Source of the DNA: Paludibacteraceae bacterium | Lineage (GTDB): Bacteria; Bacteroidota; Bacteroidia; Bacteroidales; Paludibacteraceae | DNA length: 64,000 nucleotides | Direction: 5' to 3' | Assembly: GCA_049840795.1 (NCBI GenBank) | Contig: JASGJK010000009.1 | Span: 48,233 to 112,232, forward strand | Notes under the pieces: generated by a model | Seen by the model: only the letters and a program-made list of their open reading frames with translations | Told to the model about the DNA's origin: nothing | Databases searched by the model: none | Made by a program: the position numbers and the translations under genes | In this document: positions 8,886-17,184 of the stretch, piece after piece | Layout of the letters: the number at the start of each line of letters is the position of its first letter | Numbering within the stretch: the stretch's first letter is position 1

Positions 8886-10925
8886 TTATTTTTTCACCAC
8901 TTTCACTTTCGATCCGTCCACATCAAGCACATAAATCCCTTCTGCCAAGCCCTGCAGGTTTAGTTTATTTCCTTTGGTTTGCAGCAAGAGTTTTCCCTGT
9001 AAGCTGTAAAGTCTCACATCAGGCAGTTCCATGCTTTCCGTTTCGATATAAAGCCAATCGCTTACCGGATTGGGATACATACGGAGCCCGGTTCCGTTTG
9101 CGGAATGCGCTTCCGTAGAGATATCCTTTATAATCGTCAGCGTGAAGTCCTTTGTCCGGATGCTTCCGGTTCCGTAAGTCAGCGAGGCTGTCAGCGTTAC
9201 GGTTTTATTTCCGGCGGTCGGACGCGTGATGCTTCCGTCGACGGTATTCACCCAGTTTTCACCGCCTCCGGACACGCTCCACGCGATAGCGGAACCATTC
9301 GTTCCCGCCGCGGGAAGTATCAGATTTTCCGTTACGTTATCCTGCGCCGTGTTCGTGCCTTTGATGGCGTTCCAAGTTAAAGCCAAACCGTCCGCCGTAA
9401 TGATTTCGTCGTCCGTCCACGACTGCCACTGCAATTTGGGAGAGGCGGCTCCTTCCAGTATCTTCCATACGCCTGCAAAATCCCAGCCGATGTAAGTAGC
9501 CTGCTGTTTCATTTCCGCCGTGGTTTTGCCTGTACCGTAGGAGTCGCCGAACAAGTTAATGTCGCTGTTGTAGTAGCAATTGGTAACGGTACCTTCATTC
9601 TGCCCCAAAAAGCTGCCAAAGGCATCGCCGCTATGGCTTACTACACCATTGGCATAACAATATTGGATAGTACCATCGCGATTGCTGTAACCTGCCAGAC
9701 CGCCTACGTTTCTTGTGGCACTTACGGACGCATAGGAATAGCAATTGGTAACCGTGCCTGCTTCATTATACCCTACAATACCGCCCACACAGTCAAACGC
9801 TCCGGTAAAGCTTGAATTCCCGGTTACACAGCAACCGCTGATTGTACCCCCGCGATTGAAACCCACCAGCCCTACAGCTGCGTATCCAGCCATAACCGCG
9901 TCTTTCAGTACAACATTTTTAACCGTGCCGTTACTGTATCCGAACAGACCGCAACCGGTACTTGCGGTTTGTGAAGACGACGGCCGGTTAATGGCAAGTC
10001 CGCTAATGATATATCCGCCACCATCGAATGTGCCGGTAAAACGATCCGCATCACTGCCTATAGGATTCCAGCCTTCACCGCCGTTGTAGCCCGCACCACC
10101 CGAAGCCACATAGCTTGTCAGGTCGATATCGTTCATTACCTTATAGTATGCCAAGAGGTTGTTGCGCACGGCATCCAATTCCGCCGCAGTGGTAATCTGC
10201 CAGGGGTCGGCGCTGGTGCCGCTGCCGCCGGCAATATTAGTCATTACCGTCAATGCTCCGCTTTCGGCGGAAGCGTTGCTATTGGAGGTGGCTTTTACCC
10301 GTTGCGTAAAACCGTAAGCGGTGGAGGGCGTCAGTCCCGTAAAAACAGGACTGTCCTGCCAGGTTCCGCCATTTACCCGGTATTCGCAACCCGCAACCGT
10401 ATTGAGCGTTACGCTGGTAGCCGTTCTGCCTGACAGCGTGGGGGCGGCAGGAGTAGCAGGGATAATATTGGCCGTAACGGCAGGCGCTCCGGTGAGCGAA
10501 ATAAGGTATTTCGAAGCAGCGCTTCCCGCAAGGGTAACGGAAGTCAGGGTAACGGTTTTATTGGTTCCAACGTTGGCATCGCTGAAAACGGCTGTAGCGC
10601 CGGCTATCGTTACCGCATCGCCGGAGGCAATCCCTGCAAGCGTAAGGCTTTGGGAAGTAATGGTCGCCGCGGTGGTTCCGTCAAATACTTTATCACTAAC
10701 CGTAAACGTGCCACTAATAGTAAGTACGGGGGGGTAAACGGATTGACCGAAAGCGCACGCAGGTAGGGATAGCTGCTTCCTTCGGCAATATTCCATACGG
10801 CGGAAAAGTTCCACCTCGAATAAGTGGCGCTCTTTACCATATCCCGTCGGTAAGCGGAACGCCTTTGCCGGTATCGCTCTGCCCACTGGTAACGCTGTTG
10901 TAGTAGCTGTTTGTAACGCTGCCAT
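8886..10925 (-). CDS. C-terminal part of a giant GLUG/YDG/Fn3 surface protein with T9SS C-terminal sorting domain (frame-broken continuation of 11149..16146)
   Basis: The first ~60 codons of the 679-aa ORF are out-of-frame readthrough. From ..VLTISGTFTVSDKVFDGTTAAT onward it repeats the module seen upstream (YDG domain, Fn3, ADPWQITTAAELDAVRNN cap, VGGLxG GLUG repeats). It ends with LRMYPNPVSDWLYIE..GIYVLDVDGSKVKVVKK, a Por/T9SS CTD. Confidence 0.85.
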   Translation of the reverse strand: MAALQTATTTALPVGRAIPAKAFRLPTGYGKERHLFEVELFRRMEYCRRKQLSLPACAFGQSVYPPVLTISGTFTVSDKVFDGTTAATITSQSLTLAGIASGDAVTIAGATAVFSDANVGTNKTVTLTSVTLAGSAASKYLISLTGAPAVTANIIPATPAAPTLSGRTATSVTLNTVAGCEYRVNGGTWQDSPVFTGLTPSTAYGFTQRVKATSNSNASAESGALTVMTNIAGGSGTSADPWQITTAAELDAVRNNLLAYYKVMNDIDLTSYVASGGAGYNGGEGWNPIGSDADRFTGTFDGGGYIISGLAINRPSSSQTASTGCGLFGYSNGTVKNVVLKDAVMAGYAAVGLVGFNRGGTISGCCVTGNSSFTGAFDCVGGIVGYNEAGTVTNCYSYASVSATRNVGGLAGYSNRDGTIQYCYANGVVSHSGDAFGSFLGQNEGTVTNCYYNSDINLFGDSYGTGKTTAEMKQQATYIGWDFAGVWKILEGAASPKLQWQSWTDDEIITADGLALTWNAIKGTNTAQDNVTENLILPAAGTNGSAIAWSVSGGGENWVNTVDGSITRPTAGNKTVTLTASLTYGTGSIRTKDFTLTIIKDISTEAHSANGTGLRMYPNPVSDWLYIETESMELPDVRLYSLQGKLLLQTKGNKLNLQGLAEGIYVLDVDGSKVKVVKK
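10503..10592. repeat. intragenic repeat: 90 bp identical to 12088-12177
   Basis: I aligned the two stretches by eye and found them identical. They are embedded in paralogous modules of about 1.5 kb at roughly 90 percent identity (by-eye estimate). Confidence 0.8.
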
Positions 10926-11148
10926 TATTATAGCCCATCAGACCTCCGGGGACTGGACGTGGAACTAACCGATCCATAAGAATAGCAATTGGTTACAGTA
11001 CCGCCCGAAGTGCCCACCAAACCGCCAGCTCTATTGTTACCCGTTACAGCGGCAGCTAAGTAATCTCCGAACAGTCCCATTATTCCATCCCACCGAACCG
11101 CCACCATTCAGATAATTGCAGTTGACCGCACCGGTGGAATAGCAATTG

Positions 11149-14100
11149 CTAACGGTTCCGGTAGCTACGTATCCTGATCAACCCTCCAACATATGAATAT
11201 CCTGTCACGGTACACGCGGCGTAGCAGTTGGTTATGACGCTTCTGTAGCTATATCCCACCAAACCGCCGACACTATTGCTATTACCGGCTGTTACTGAGC
11301 CCGTAGCGTAGCAGTTGCTTATGGAGCCTGCAACTCCGTCATCCGAACTATCACTACTCCCCACTAAACCGCCCACACTACTACTACCACTACCACCGGT
11401 ACCTGTCACAGAACTTGTACATAAGAGCTCCCGCTGATAGCTCCACGCACGTTCTCCTACCAGACCTCCTACATCGTTTTTACCGCTTACAGTGGCGTTT
11501 ACCAGACCCACATTTTTGATAACCGCGTTAAGTCCGATAGAACCAAACAGCCCGCAACGATCTTGTCCGGAACGATTTATATTCAAACTGCTGATTGTTT
11601 TTCCGTTTCCGTCGAACACGCCGGTAAAAGGATTGTCGTTGCCGCCTATGGGGTTCCATCCCGCGCCGCTGTTGTACCCCACGCCACCCGAAGCCACATA
11701 GCTTGTCAGGTCGATGTCGTTCATTACCTTATAGTATGCCGAGGGATTATTGCGCACGGCATCCAAATCGGCAGCGGTAGTAATCTGCCAGGGATCGGCG
11801 CTGGTGCCGCTCCCACCTATGGGTGTAGTTACGGTCAGTACGGCACTTTCGGCGGAAGCGTTGCTATTGGAGGTGGCTTTTACCCGTTGCGTAAAACTGT
11901 AGGCTGTGGAGGGGGTTAATTCCATAAAAACAGGACTGTCCTGCCAGACGCCGCCATTTACCCGGTATTCGCAACCCGCAACCGTATTGAGCGTTACGCT
12001 GGTAGTCGTTCTGCTTGAAAGCGTGGGGACCGCAGGAGTAACAGGAATGATACTGGCGGTAGTGGCAGGCGCTCCGGTAAGCGAAACAAGGTATTTCGAA
12101 GCAGCGCTTCCCGCAAGGGTAACGGAAGTCAGGGTAACGGTTTTATTGGTTCCAACGTTGGCATCGCTGAAAACGGCCGTAGCGCCGGCTATCGTAACCA
12201 CATCGCCGGAGGCAATGCCCGACAGTGTCAGGCCGGAAGTATTCACCGTGGCGGCAGTAGTCCCATCATACACTTTATCGTTTGCGGTGAAACTGCCGCT
12301 CAGGGTAAGGGTGAAAACGGCAGGCAACGGATTAGGAATATTAGATAGCAGGTAGGGATAGGAACTTCCTTCCTGAATAACCCATACCGTACTGAAATCC
12401 CATCCGCTATAATTACTTTGCTGCACCATCCATGCCGTAGTTTCGGGTATCCCCTTGCCGGTATCGCTCTGTCCGCTGGTAGCGCTGTTGTAGTAACTGC
12501 TCGTAACGCTGCCATAATTATAGCCCATCAGACCCCCGGTATTGTACGTGGAACTAACCGGTCCATAAGAATAGCAATTGGTTACAGTACCGTCCGAAGT
12601 GCCCACCAAACCGCCTGCTTTATTGTTACCCGTTACAGCCGCAGCGGAATAACAATCTGAAATAGTTCCACTACTAAATCCTACCAAACCACCGCTATTA
12701 TAAGTACCGTTAACCGTACCTGTGGAATAACATTTGCTCACGGTTCCGGTGGTAGCTCCGTAATTGTCATTGATTCCTATCAACCCTCCAACGGGTCCGG
12801 GTCCTGTTACGCTGCCTGAAAAATCGCAGCCCGAAACAGCACTCGCTTTGCTGTGACCGAGTAAACCACCGATATAATTATTATCGCTGGAACCGTTGGT
12901 TACTGTAGAACCGGTAATATGGCAATTGGTAATGGAGGAACTTAAATCAACGTAACCCGAAAGGCATCCGGTGTTGGTTCCCCCAATCACTGAGGCGTTT
13001 GACAAGGTGAGGTTTTGGATAACAGCCCCCGAGCAAACGGCAAAAAGTCCGATGTTGTTGCTGGAGCGGGAAATGGAGAGGTTGGACAGCGTATGGTTCT
13101 GCCCGTCGAAATGACCGGTGAAGCCGTTGATTGGATCCCAGCCATAGCCACCGTTGTATCCCGCACCACCCGAAGCGACGTAAGCCGCGAGGTCGATATC
13201 GTTCATCAGTTTATAGTAATGCGAGAGGTTGTTGCGCACGGCATCCAAATCGGCAGCCGTTCTTATCTGCCAGGGGTCAATCTGCGTACCGCTACCGTCC
13301 ATCAAGGTGCTTACTGTCAATGCGGCGCTTTCGGCGGAAGCATTGGTGTTGGCGGTGGCTTTTACCCGCTGTGTAAAACTGTAAGCGGTGGAGGGGGTTA
13401 ATCCCGTAAAAACAGGACTGTCCTGCCAGAAGCCGCCATTTACCCGGTATTCGCAACCCGCAACCGTATTGAGCGTTACGCTGGTAGCTGTTTTGCCTGA
13501 CAGCATGGGGGCGGCAGGAGTACTTACAACCGTCTGTTTGCTAATAGATGCCGTCGTGACAGGCGCTCCAGTGAGCGAAAGATTGTATTTTCCCCCTTGC
13601 GCACCTCCGAAAGTAGAAGTTGCCAGGGTAACTGTTTTGCCGGTACCCACATTGGCATCGACAAAAGAAGCGCCTGCATTGAGCGTAACCACATCGCCGG
13701 AGGCAATCCCTGCAAGCGTAAGGCTTTGGGAAGTAATGGTCGCTGCGGTGGTTCCGTCATATACTTTATCGCTAACCGTAAACGTACCACCAATAGTAAG
13801 TACGGGCGGGGTAAACGGACTAACCGTAAGTGCACGCAGGTAGGGATAGCTGCTTCCTTCGATAATATTCCATACGAAAGAAAAGTCCCAGCCGGAGTAG
13901 GTAGCGCTCTTTACCATATCTGTGGTGGTAAGAGGAATGCCCTTGCCTGTATTGCTCTGACCGCTGGTAGCGCTGTTGTAGTAACTATTGGTAACGGCAC
14001 CTCCATTATAGCCTATCAGTCCACCGGGATAATTGTTCGTACCGCTTACTGCCCCGCAGGCATAACAATATTGAATCACAGCTGTCGAAGAGTTGCAACC

Positions 14101-16146
14101 GGCCAGACCACCGACCGAGGCATCTGTGCCTGAAACGGAACAGGTGGTATAGCAATTGCTGATAGTGTTAGCATTCCACCCCACCAGACCACCTACAGTA
14201 TTCCTCCCTACTACCGAAGAACTTCCTGTGACGCAACAAACACTTACCGTATTGTTATTCCATCCCACCAGCGAACCTACAGAGTAGTTTCCACTTACAT
14301 GGGCATCTTTTAATACTATGTTCTGAATGGTACCCGAATTGATACCAAACAGTCCCACGTACTGGCTAATAGAAGTGCCGTTAATGCTTAGATTGGAAAG
14401 AATATGCCCTCCTCCGTCGAATGTGCCGGTGAAAGTTCCTATGGGATTCCAACCCGCACCGCTGTTGTAGCCCGCGCCGCCTGAAGCCAGATAGCTTGCC
14501 AGGTCGATATCATTCATTACCTTGTAGTGTGCCGAAAGGTTATTGCGTACGGCATCCAAATCGGCAGCCGTTCTTATCTGCCAGGGGTCGGCGCTGGTGC
14601 CGCTCCCGGCAATGGTGATATTGGCAGTGGCAGTCGGGGCACCTGTGAGCGACAGAGAATAATTACCCGCTTTGGTACCGCCAAGGGTGGTAGAAGAAGT
14701 CAGGCTGACAGTTTTGCCCGTTCCACTATTGGCATCGGCAAAAGCGGCGGTTACATTGGTCAGGGATACATCATCTCCCGATACGACGCCCGAAAGGGTC
14801 AGACTGTTGGTGGCTATTGTGGCGGCAGTGGTTCCGTCATACACTTTATTATTGGCGGTAAAACTGCCGGTGATGGTAAGCGGAGCCGCGTTAATGGTGG
14901 CAGTGGCAGTGGGCGCTCCGGTGAGCGAAATCAGGTATCTGCCGGCATTTGTGCCGGCGAGCGAAGCTGCCGTTAAGCTGACGGTTTTACCCGTCCCCGC
15001 ATTGGCATTGGCAAAAGCTGCGGTTACTCCGGTTAACGAAACTACATCGCCGTAACCGATGTCTCCCGAGAGCGTCAGGCTGTTGGTGGTAATGGTGGTG
15101 GCGGTGGTTCCATTGTATGTTTTATTGCTTGCCGTAAAACTGCCGGTAATGGTGAGGTAGGGCGAAGGCAGCGGATTGGCCGTAGCCGTGCGCAGGTAGG
15201 GATAGCTGCTGCCGGCGGTAATGTTCCATGTAGCGGTAAAATCCCAACCGCTGAAATTGGACGACTGCATCATCTGGGCGATGGTGAGGGGCACGCCCCT
15301 GCCGTTGTTGTCCGAGCGTCCGCTGGCAGCGCTGTTGTAATAGCACGAGGTGACGGTGGCAGCATAGTCGTCACCGTCATAGTCGCCGGAGTTGTTGGCT
15401 CCGAGCAGTCCGCCGATATCGGCGCCGGTTCCGGTGGTGGCCACTTTCCCGTAGGCATACGAATATTCGATGCCGCTTTTGCTGAAGCCCACTAATCCGC
15501 CTACATAATTGTTACTGCCGGTAACCGCTGCGCCGGAATAGCTCGTTCTTACCCAACTTCCTATATCGTTGTATCCTACCAAGCCGCCTATGGCTGTACC
15601 GCCATTGAGGCCTGTTACGTAAGAAGCCCCTGTTACACAAGAGGTGTATATAGAACCGTAACGATTGTCAGGCCTGGACCCGTTTGTGCCTACCAAGGCT
15701 CCCACGCCTGCTCTTCCTGTAACCGATACGTTTTTCAGGATGACATTCCGGATGGTGCCGTAATTGGAAGAAAACAGCCCTACGGCCTCCGTGGTCGGGC
15801 GGTTGATCATCAATCCGGTAATGGTATGTCCTTGTCCATCCAAAATGCATTGAAAGGGGAAAGGAAGCCATCCCGCTCCGCTGTTGTAATAGCTTCCGCC
15901 GGATTGGCAAGCGCCGATCATGTCAATATCCGCCGTAAGGATAAAATAGATCGCACCGGAATAGTTGCGTACAGCATAGAGCTGATCTACCGTTTCAATC
16001 CGGTAAGGGGTAGCGGAACTACCGTTGCCACCGGCAAACTGGGCTTTTGCACCCGTAAAGGCAAAAAAGAAAAGGATAAGGAAAAAATAATCCCTGACCT
16101 GCGAAAGGGAAATCCTGATATGGAACAATGGTAAAGTTGGGTTCAT
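11149..16146 (-). CDS. N-terminal part of a giant GLUG/YDG/Fn3 surface protein (adhesin-like), signal peptide present, no CTD in this frame
   Basis: The track ORF runs 11149..16224. The likely start is the ATG at 16146 (MNPTLPLFHIRISLSQVRDYFFLILFFFAFTGAKAQ). It contains four repeats of cap (ADPWQIRTAADLDAVRNN), GLUG beta-helix (VGGLVGxN..NCY), SGWDF..GSSYPYL, YDGTTAAT domains and Fn3 (CEYRVNGG.WQDSPVF). The frame ends in ..VGGLIRIRSYRNR, which is an obvious frameshift. Confidence 0.85.
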   Translation of the reverse strand: MNPTLPLFHIRISLSQVRDYFFLILFFFAFTGAKAQFAGGNGSSATPYRIETVDQLYAVRNYSGAIYFILTADIDMIGACQSGGSYYNSGAGWLPFPFQCILDGQGHTITGLMINRPTTEAVGLFSSNYGTIRNVILKNVSVTGRAGVGALVGTNGSRPDNRYGSIYTSCVTGASYVTGLNGGTAIGGLVGYNDIGSWVRTSYSGAAVTGSNNYVGGLVGFSKSGIEYSYAYGKVATTGTGADIGGLLGANNSGDYDGDDYAATVTSCYYNSAASGRSDNNGRGVPLTIAQMMQSSNFSGWDFTATWNITAGSSYPYLRTATANPLPSPYLTITGSFTASNKTYNGTTATTITTNSLTLSGDIGYGDVVSLTGVTAAFANANAGTGKTVSLTAASLAGTNAGRYLISLTGAPTATATINAAPLTITGSFTANNKVYDGTTAATIATNSLTLSGVVSGDDVSLTNVTAAFADANSGTGKTVSLTSSTTLGGTKAGNYSLSLTGAPTATANITIAGSGTSADPWQIRTAADLDAVRNNLSAHYKVMNDIDLASYLASGGAGYNSGAGWNPIGTFTGTFDGGGHILSNLSINGTSISQYVGLFGINSGTIQNIVLKDAHVSGNYSVGSLVGWNNNTVSVCCVTGSSSVVGRNTVGGLVGWNANTISNCYTTCSVSGTDASVGGLAGCNSSTAVIQYCYACGAVSGTNNYPGGLIGYNGGAVTNSYYNSATSGQSNTGKGIPLTTTDMVKSATYSGWDFSFVWNIIEGSSYPYLRALTVSPFTPPVLTIGGTFTVSDKVYDGTTAATITSQSLTLAGIASGDVVTLNAGASFVDANVGTGKTVTLATSTFGGAQGGKYNLSLTGAPVTTASISKQTVVSTPAAPMLSGKTATSVTLNTVAGCEYRVNGGFWQDSPVFTGLTPSTAYSFTQRVKATANTNASAESAALTVSTLMDGSGTQIDPWQIRTAADLDAVRNNLSHYYKLMNDIDLAAYVASGGAGYNGGYGWDPINGFTGHFDGQNHTLSNLSISRSSNNIGLFAVCSGAVIQNLTLSNASVIGGTNTGCLSGYVDLSSSITNCHITGSTVTNGSSDNNYIGGLLGHSKASAVSGCDFSGSVTGPGPVGGLIGINDNYGATTGTVSKCYSTGTVNGTYNSGGLVGFSSGTISDCYSAAAVTGNNKAGGLVGTSDGTVTNCYSYGPVSSTYNTGGLMGYNYGSVTSSYYNSATSGQSDTGKGIPETTAWMVQQSNYSGWDFSTVWVIQEGSSYPYLLSNIPNPLPAVFTLTLSGSFTANDKVYDGTTAATVNTSGLTLSGIASGDVVTIAGATAVFSDANVGTNKTVTLTSVTLAGSAASKYLVSLTGAPATTASIIPVTPAVPTLSSRTTTSVTLNTVAGCEYRVNGGVWQDSPVFMELTPSTAYSFTQRVKATSNSNASAESAVLTVTTPIGGSGTSADPWQITTAADLDAVRNNPSAYYKVMNDIDLTSYVASGGVGYNSGAGWNPIGGNDNPFTGVFDGNGKTISSLNINRSGQDRCGLFGSIGLNAVIKNVGLVNATVSGKNDVGGLVGERAWSYQRELLCTSSVTGTGGSGSSSVGGLVGSSDSSDDGVAGSISNCYATGSVTAGNSNSVGGLVGYSYRSVITNCYAACTVTGYSYVGGLIRIRSYRNR

Positions 16147-16229
16147 ATGCAATCTGATTTGTAAGTAAGTATGAGACAAAAAATAGTTTATATTTTTCGA
16201 CACATAGAAACAGATAGGTTTCACATAGC

Positions 16230-16283
16230 TTCACATAGAAAAATCATTCTTTCCATGTGTCCCTATTGTGTTTTCTATGTGAA
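16230..16283. promoter_or_regulatory. 13-bp perfect inverted repeat plus CACATAG heptamer repeats upstream of the giant surface-protein gene
   Basis: TTCACATAGAAAA (16230-16242) pairs with TTTTCTATGTGAA (16271-16283). CACATAG also occurs at 16201 and 16222. Confidence 0.5.
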
Positions 16284-16519
16284 CTTATGTGTCCAAAATA
16301 ATTAAAACTAATTTGTACCTTGTACTTAACAGGAAGTAATTGGTTTTTCTGAATTTGTTTCGCCGTAATTTACTGCCGGCGGTTATTTTAAATAGAGTGT
16401 TTCAAAAATTCGTTTATATTTTTGTAAAGTATGCGAATCAGGTTTTGAAATCTCTGTTTTATAAAGCCTGAAAGGCTTATATCATTAGCACAGGGCAACG
16501 CCTTGTGTGAAATTCGGGC

Positions 16520-16725
16520 ATCCCCCACTCAGAGCAGGTATTTCCTCTCTTTTTGCTCCGATATCCTCGCTCAGAGTGGGGTTTTCCTCTCTTTTTGCTC
16601 CGATATCCTTGCTCAGAGTGAGGTCTTCCTCCTTTTTTGCTCGGGCATCTCTGCTCAGAGTGGGGCTTTCCTCGTTTTTTGCCCTGATTTTCTCACTGAA
16701 AGCGGGCTTTTGCTCACTTTTGGTC
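16520..16725 (+). repeat. 42-bp tandem repeat, about 4.5 copies
   Basis: CTCAGAG anchors lie at 16528, 16570, 16612 and 16654, giving an exact 42-bp period. A degenerate fifth unit follows (CTCACTGAAAG at 16692). Confidence 0.85.
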
Positions 16726-17184
16726 TGCGCTCTTCTGTCGTGCGGAGGGGAAACGTAGGCGCAACTCTTCGTACACGGCTTTGGCACCCGGCACATTCTG
16801 TGCGGCGGCTATTTTTACCGAACTGTAAAAAAGCAATGCCGCCTGATAGGCTTCGCTTCCGGCAAGGGTTTCGGTGTCGTCAATGTTTTCTTCGAGTTGG
16901 CGCACGGTGTTGAGTATGGTCCACAAGCCACGGGCATCGCCGAAATCGACACGGAAATCTTCCATATTAAGATACGAAGGGCAGAGGGCGGGATTTTGTT
17001 TGGCAAAATCGTAAGCCTTTTCTACAAAACTGAGCGATTTTTCGCCCATCTTCGGGATGTCGTGCCTTTCGGAAGGCGTAAGGGAAGTTACGTAAGGGGC
17101 AAGCAACGCCTGCGCCTCGTTGATTTTTGTTTGCAACTGTGTCAATACTTCGTCGGGTATCGGCTGCGAATGTCTGTTATCCAT
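16714..17184 (-). CDS. conserved hypothetical protein (Bacteroidota family, function unknown)
   Basis: 156-aa ORF with clean coding-like composition. I recall similar ~150-aa Bacteroidota proteins (..LTPSERHDIPKMGEKSLSFVEKAYDFAKQNP.. / ..GSEAYQAALLFYSSVKIAAAQNVPGAKAVYEEL..), but no named function. Confidence 0.6.
   Translation of the reverse strand: MDNRHSQPIPDEVLTQLQTKINEAQALLAPYVTSLTPSERHDIPKMGEKSLSFVEKAYDFAKQNPALCPSYLNMEDFRVDFGDARGLWTILNTVRQLEENIDDTETLAGSEAYQAALLFYSSVKIAAAQNVPGAKAVYEELRLRFPSARQKSADQK

Noticed and set aside
9105-15055. Numerous 60-180 aa plus-strand ORFs (for example 10321..10737, 11906..12355, 13388..13843, 14527..14976) antisense to the giant gene.
   Set aside because: They are shadows of a GC-rich, repetitive coding strand. 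Their sequences repeat with the modules and are low-complexity Pro/Ala/Val/Gly strings. The minus strand carries clear domain signatures.
8886-16146. Diversity-generating retroelement (near-identical repeats within a surface-protein gene).
   Set aside because: No reverse transcriptase or accessory gene is present in the window. The repeat differences are not restricted to adenine positions. The repeats are whole protein modules.
16230-16283. Invertible promoter (phase-variable shufflon-type switch) for the giant gene.
   Set aside because: The inverted repeats are only 28 bp apart, too short to carry a promoter. No invertase or recombinase gene is adjacent; xerD is 36 kb away. The site is kept only as a candidate operator.
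16520-16725. Possible CRISPR array (regularly spaced repeats).
   Set aside because: The 42-bp units are directly contiguous with no unique spacers. No cas genes lie nearby. It is a plain tandem repeat.
16485-16913. ORFs 16485..16796 (minus strand), 16503..16913 and 16507..16758 (plus strand) across the tandem repeat as real genes.
   Set aside because: Four of six frames are open simply because the repeat unit lacks stops. The ORFs overlap each other and the 3' end of the well-formed 156-aa gene. Only the possibility of a frameshifted C-terminal tail is retained, as a finding.
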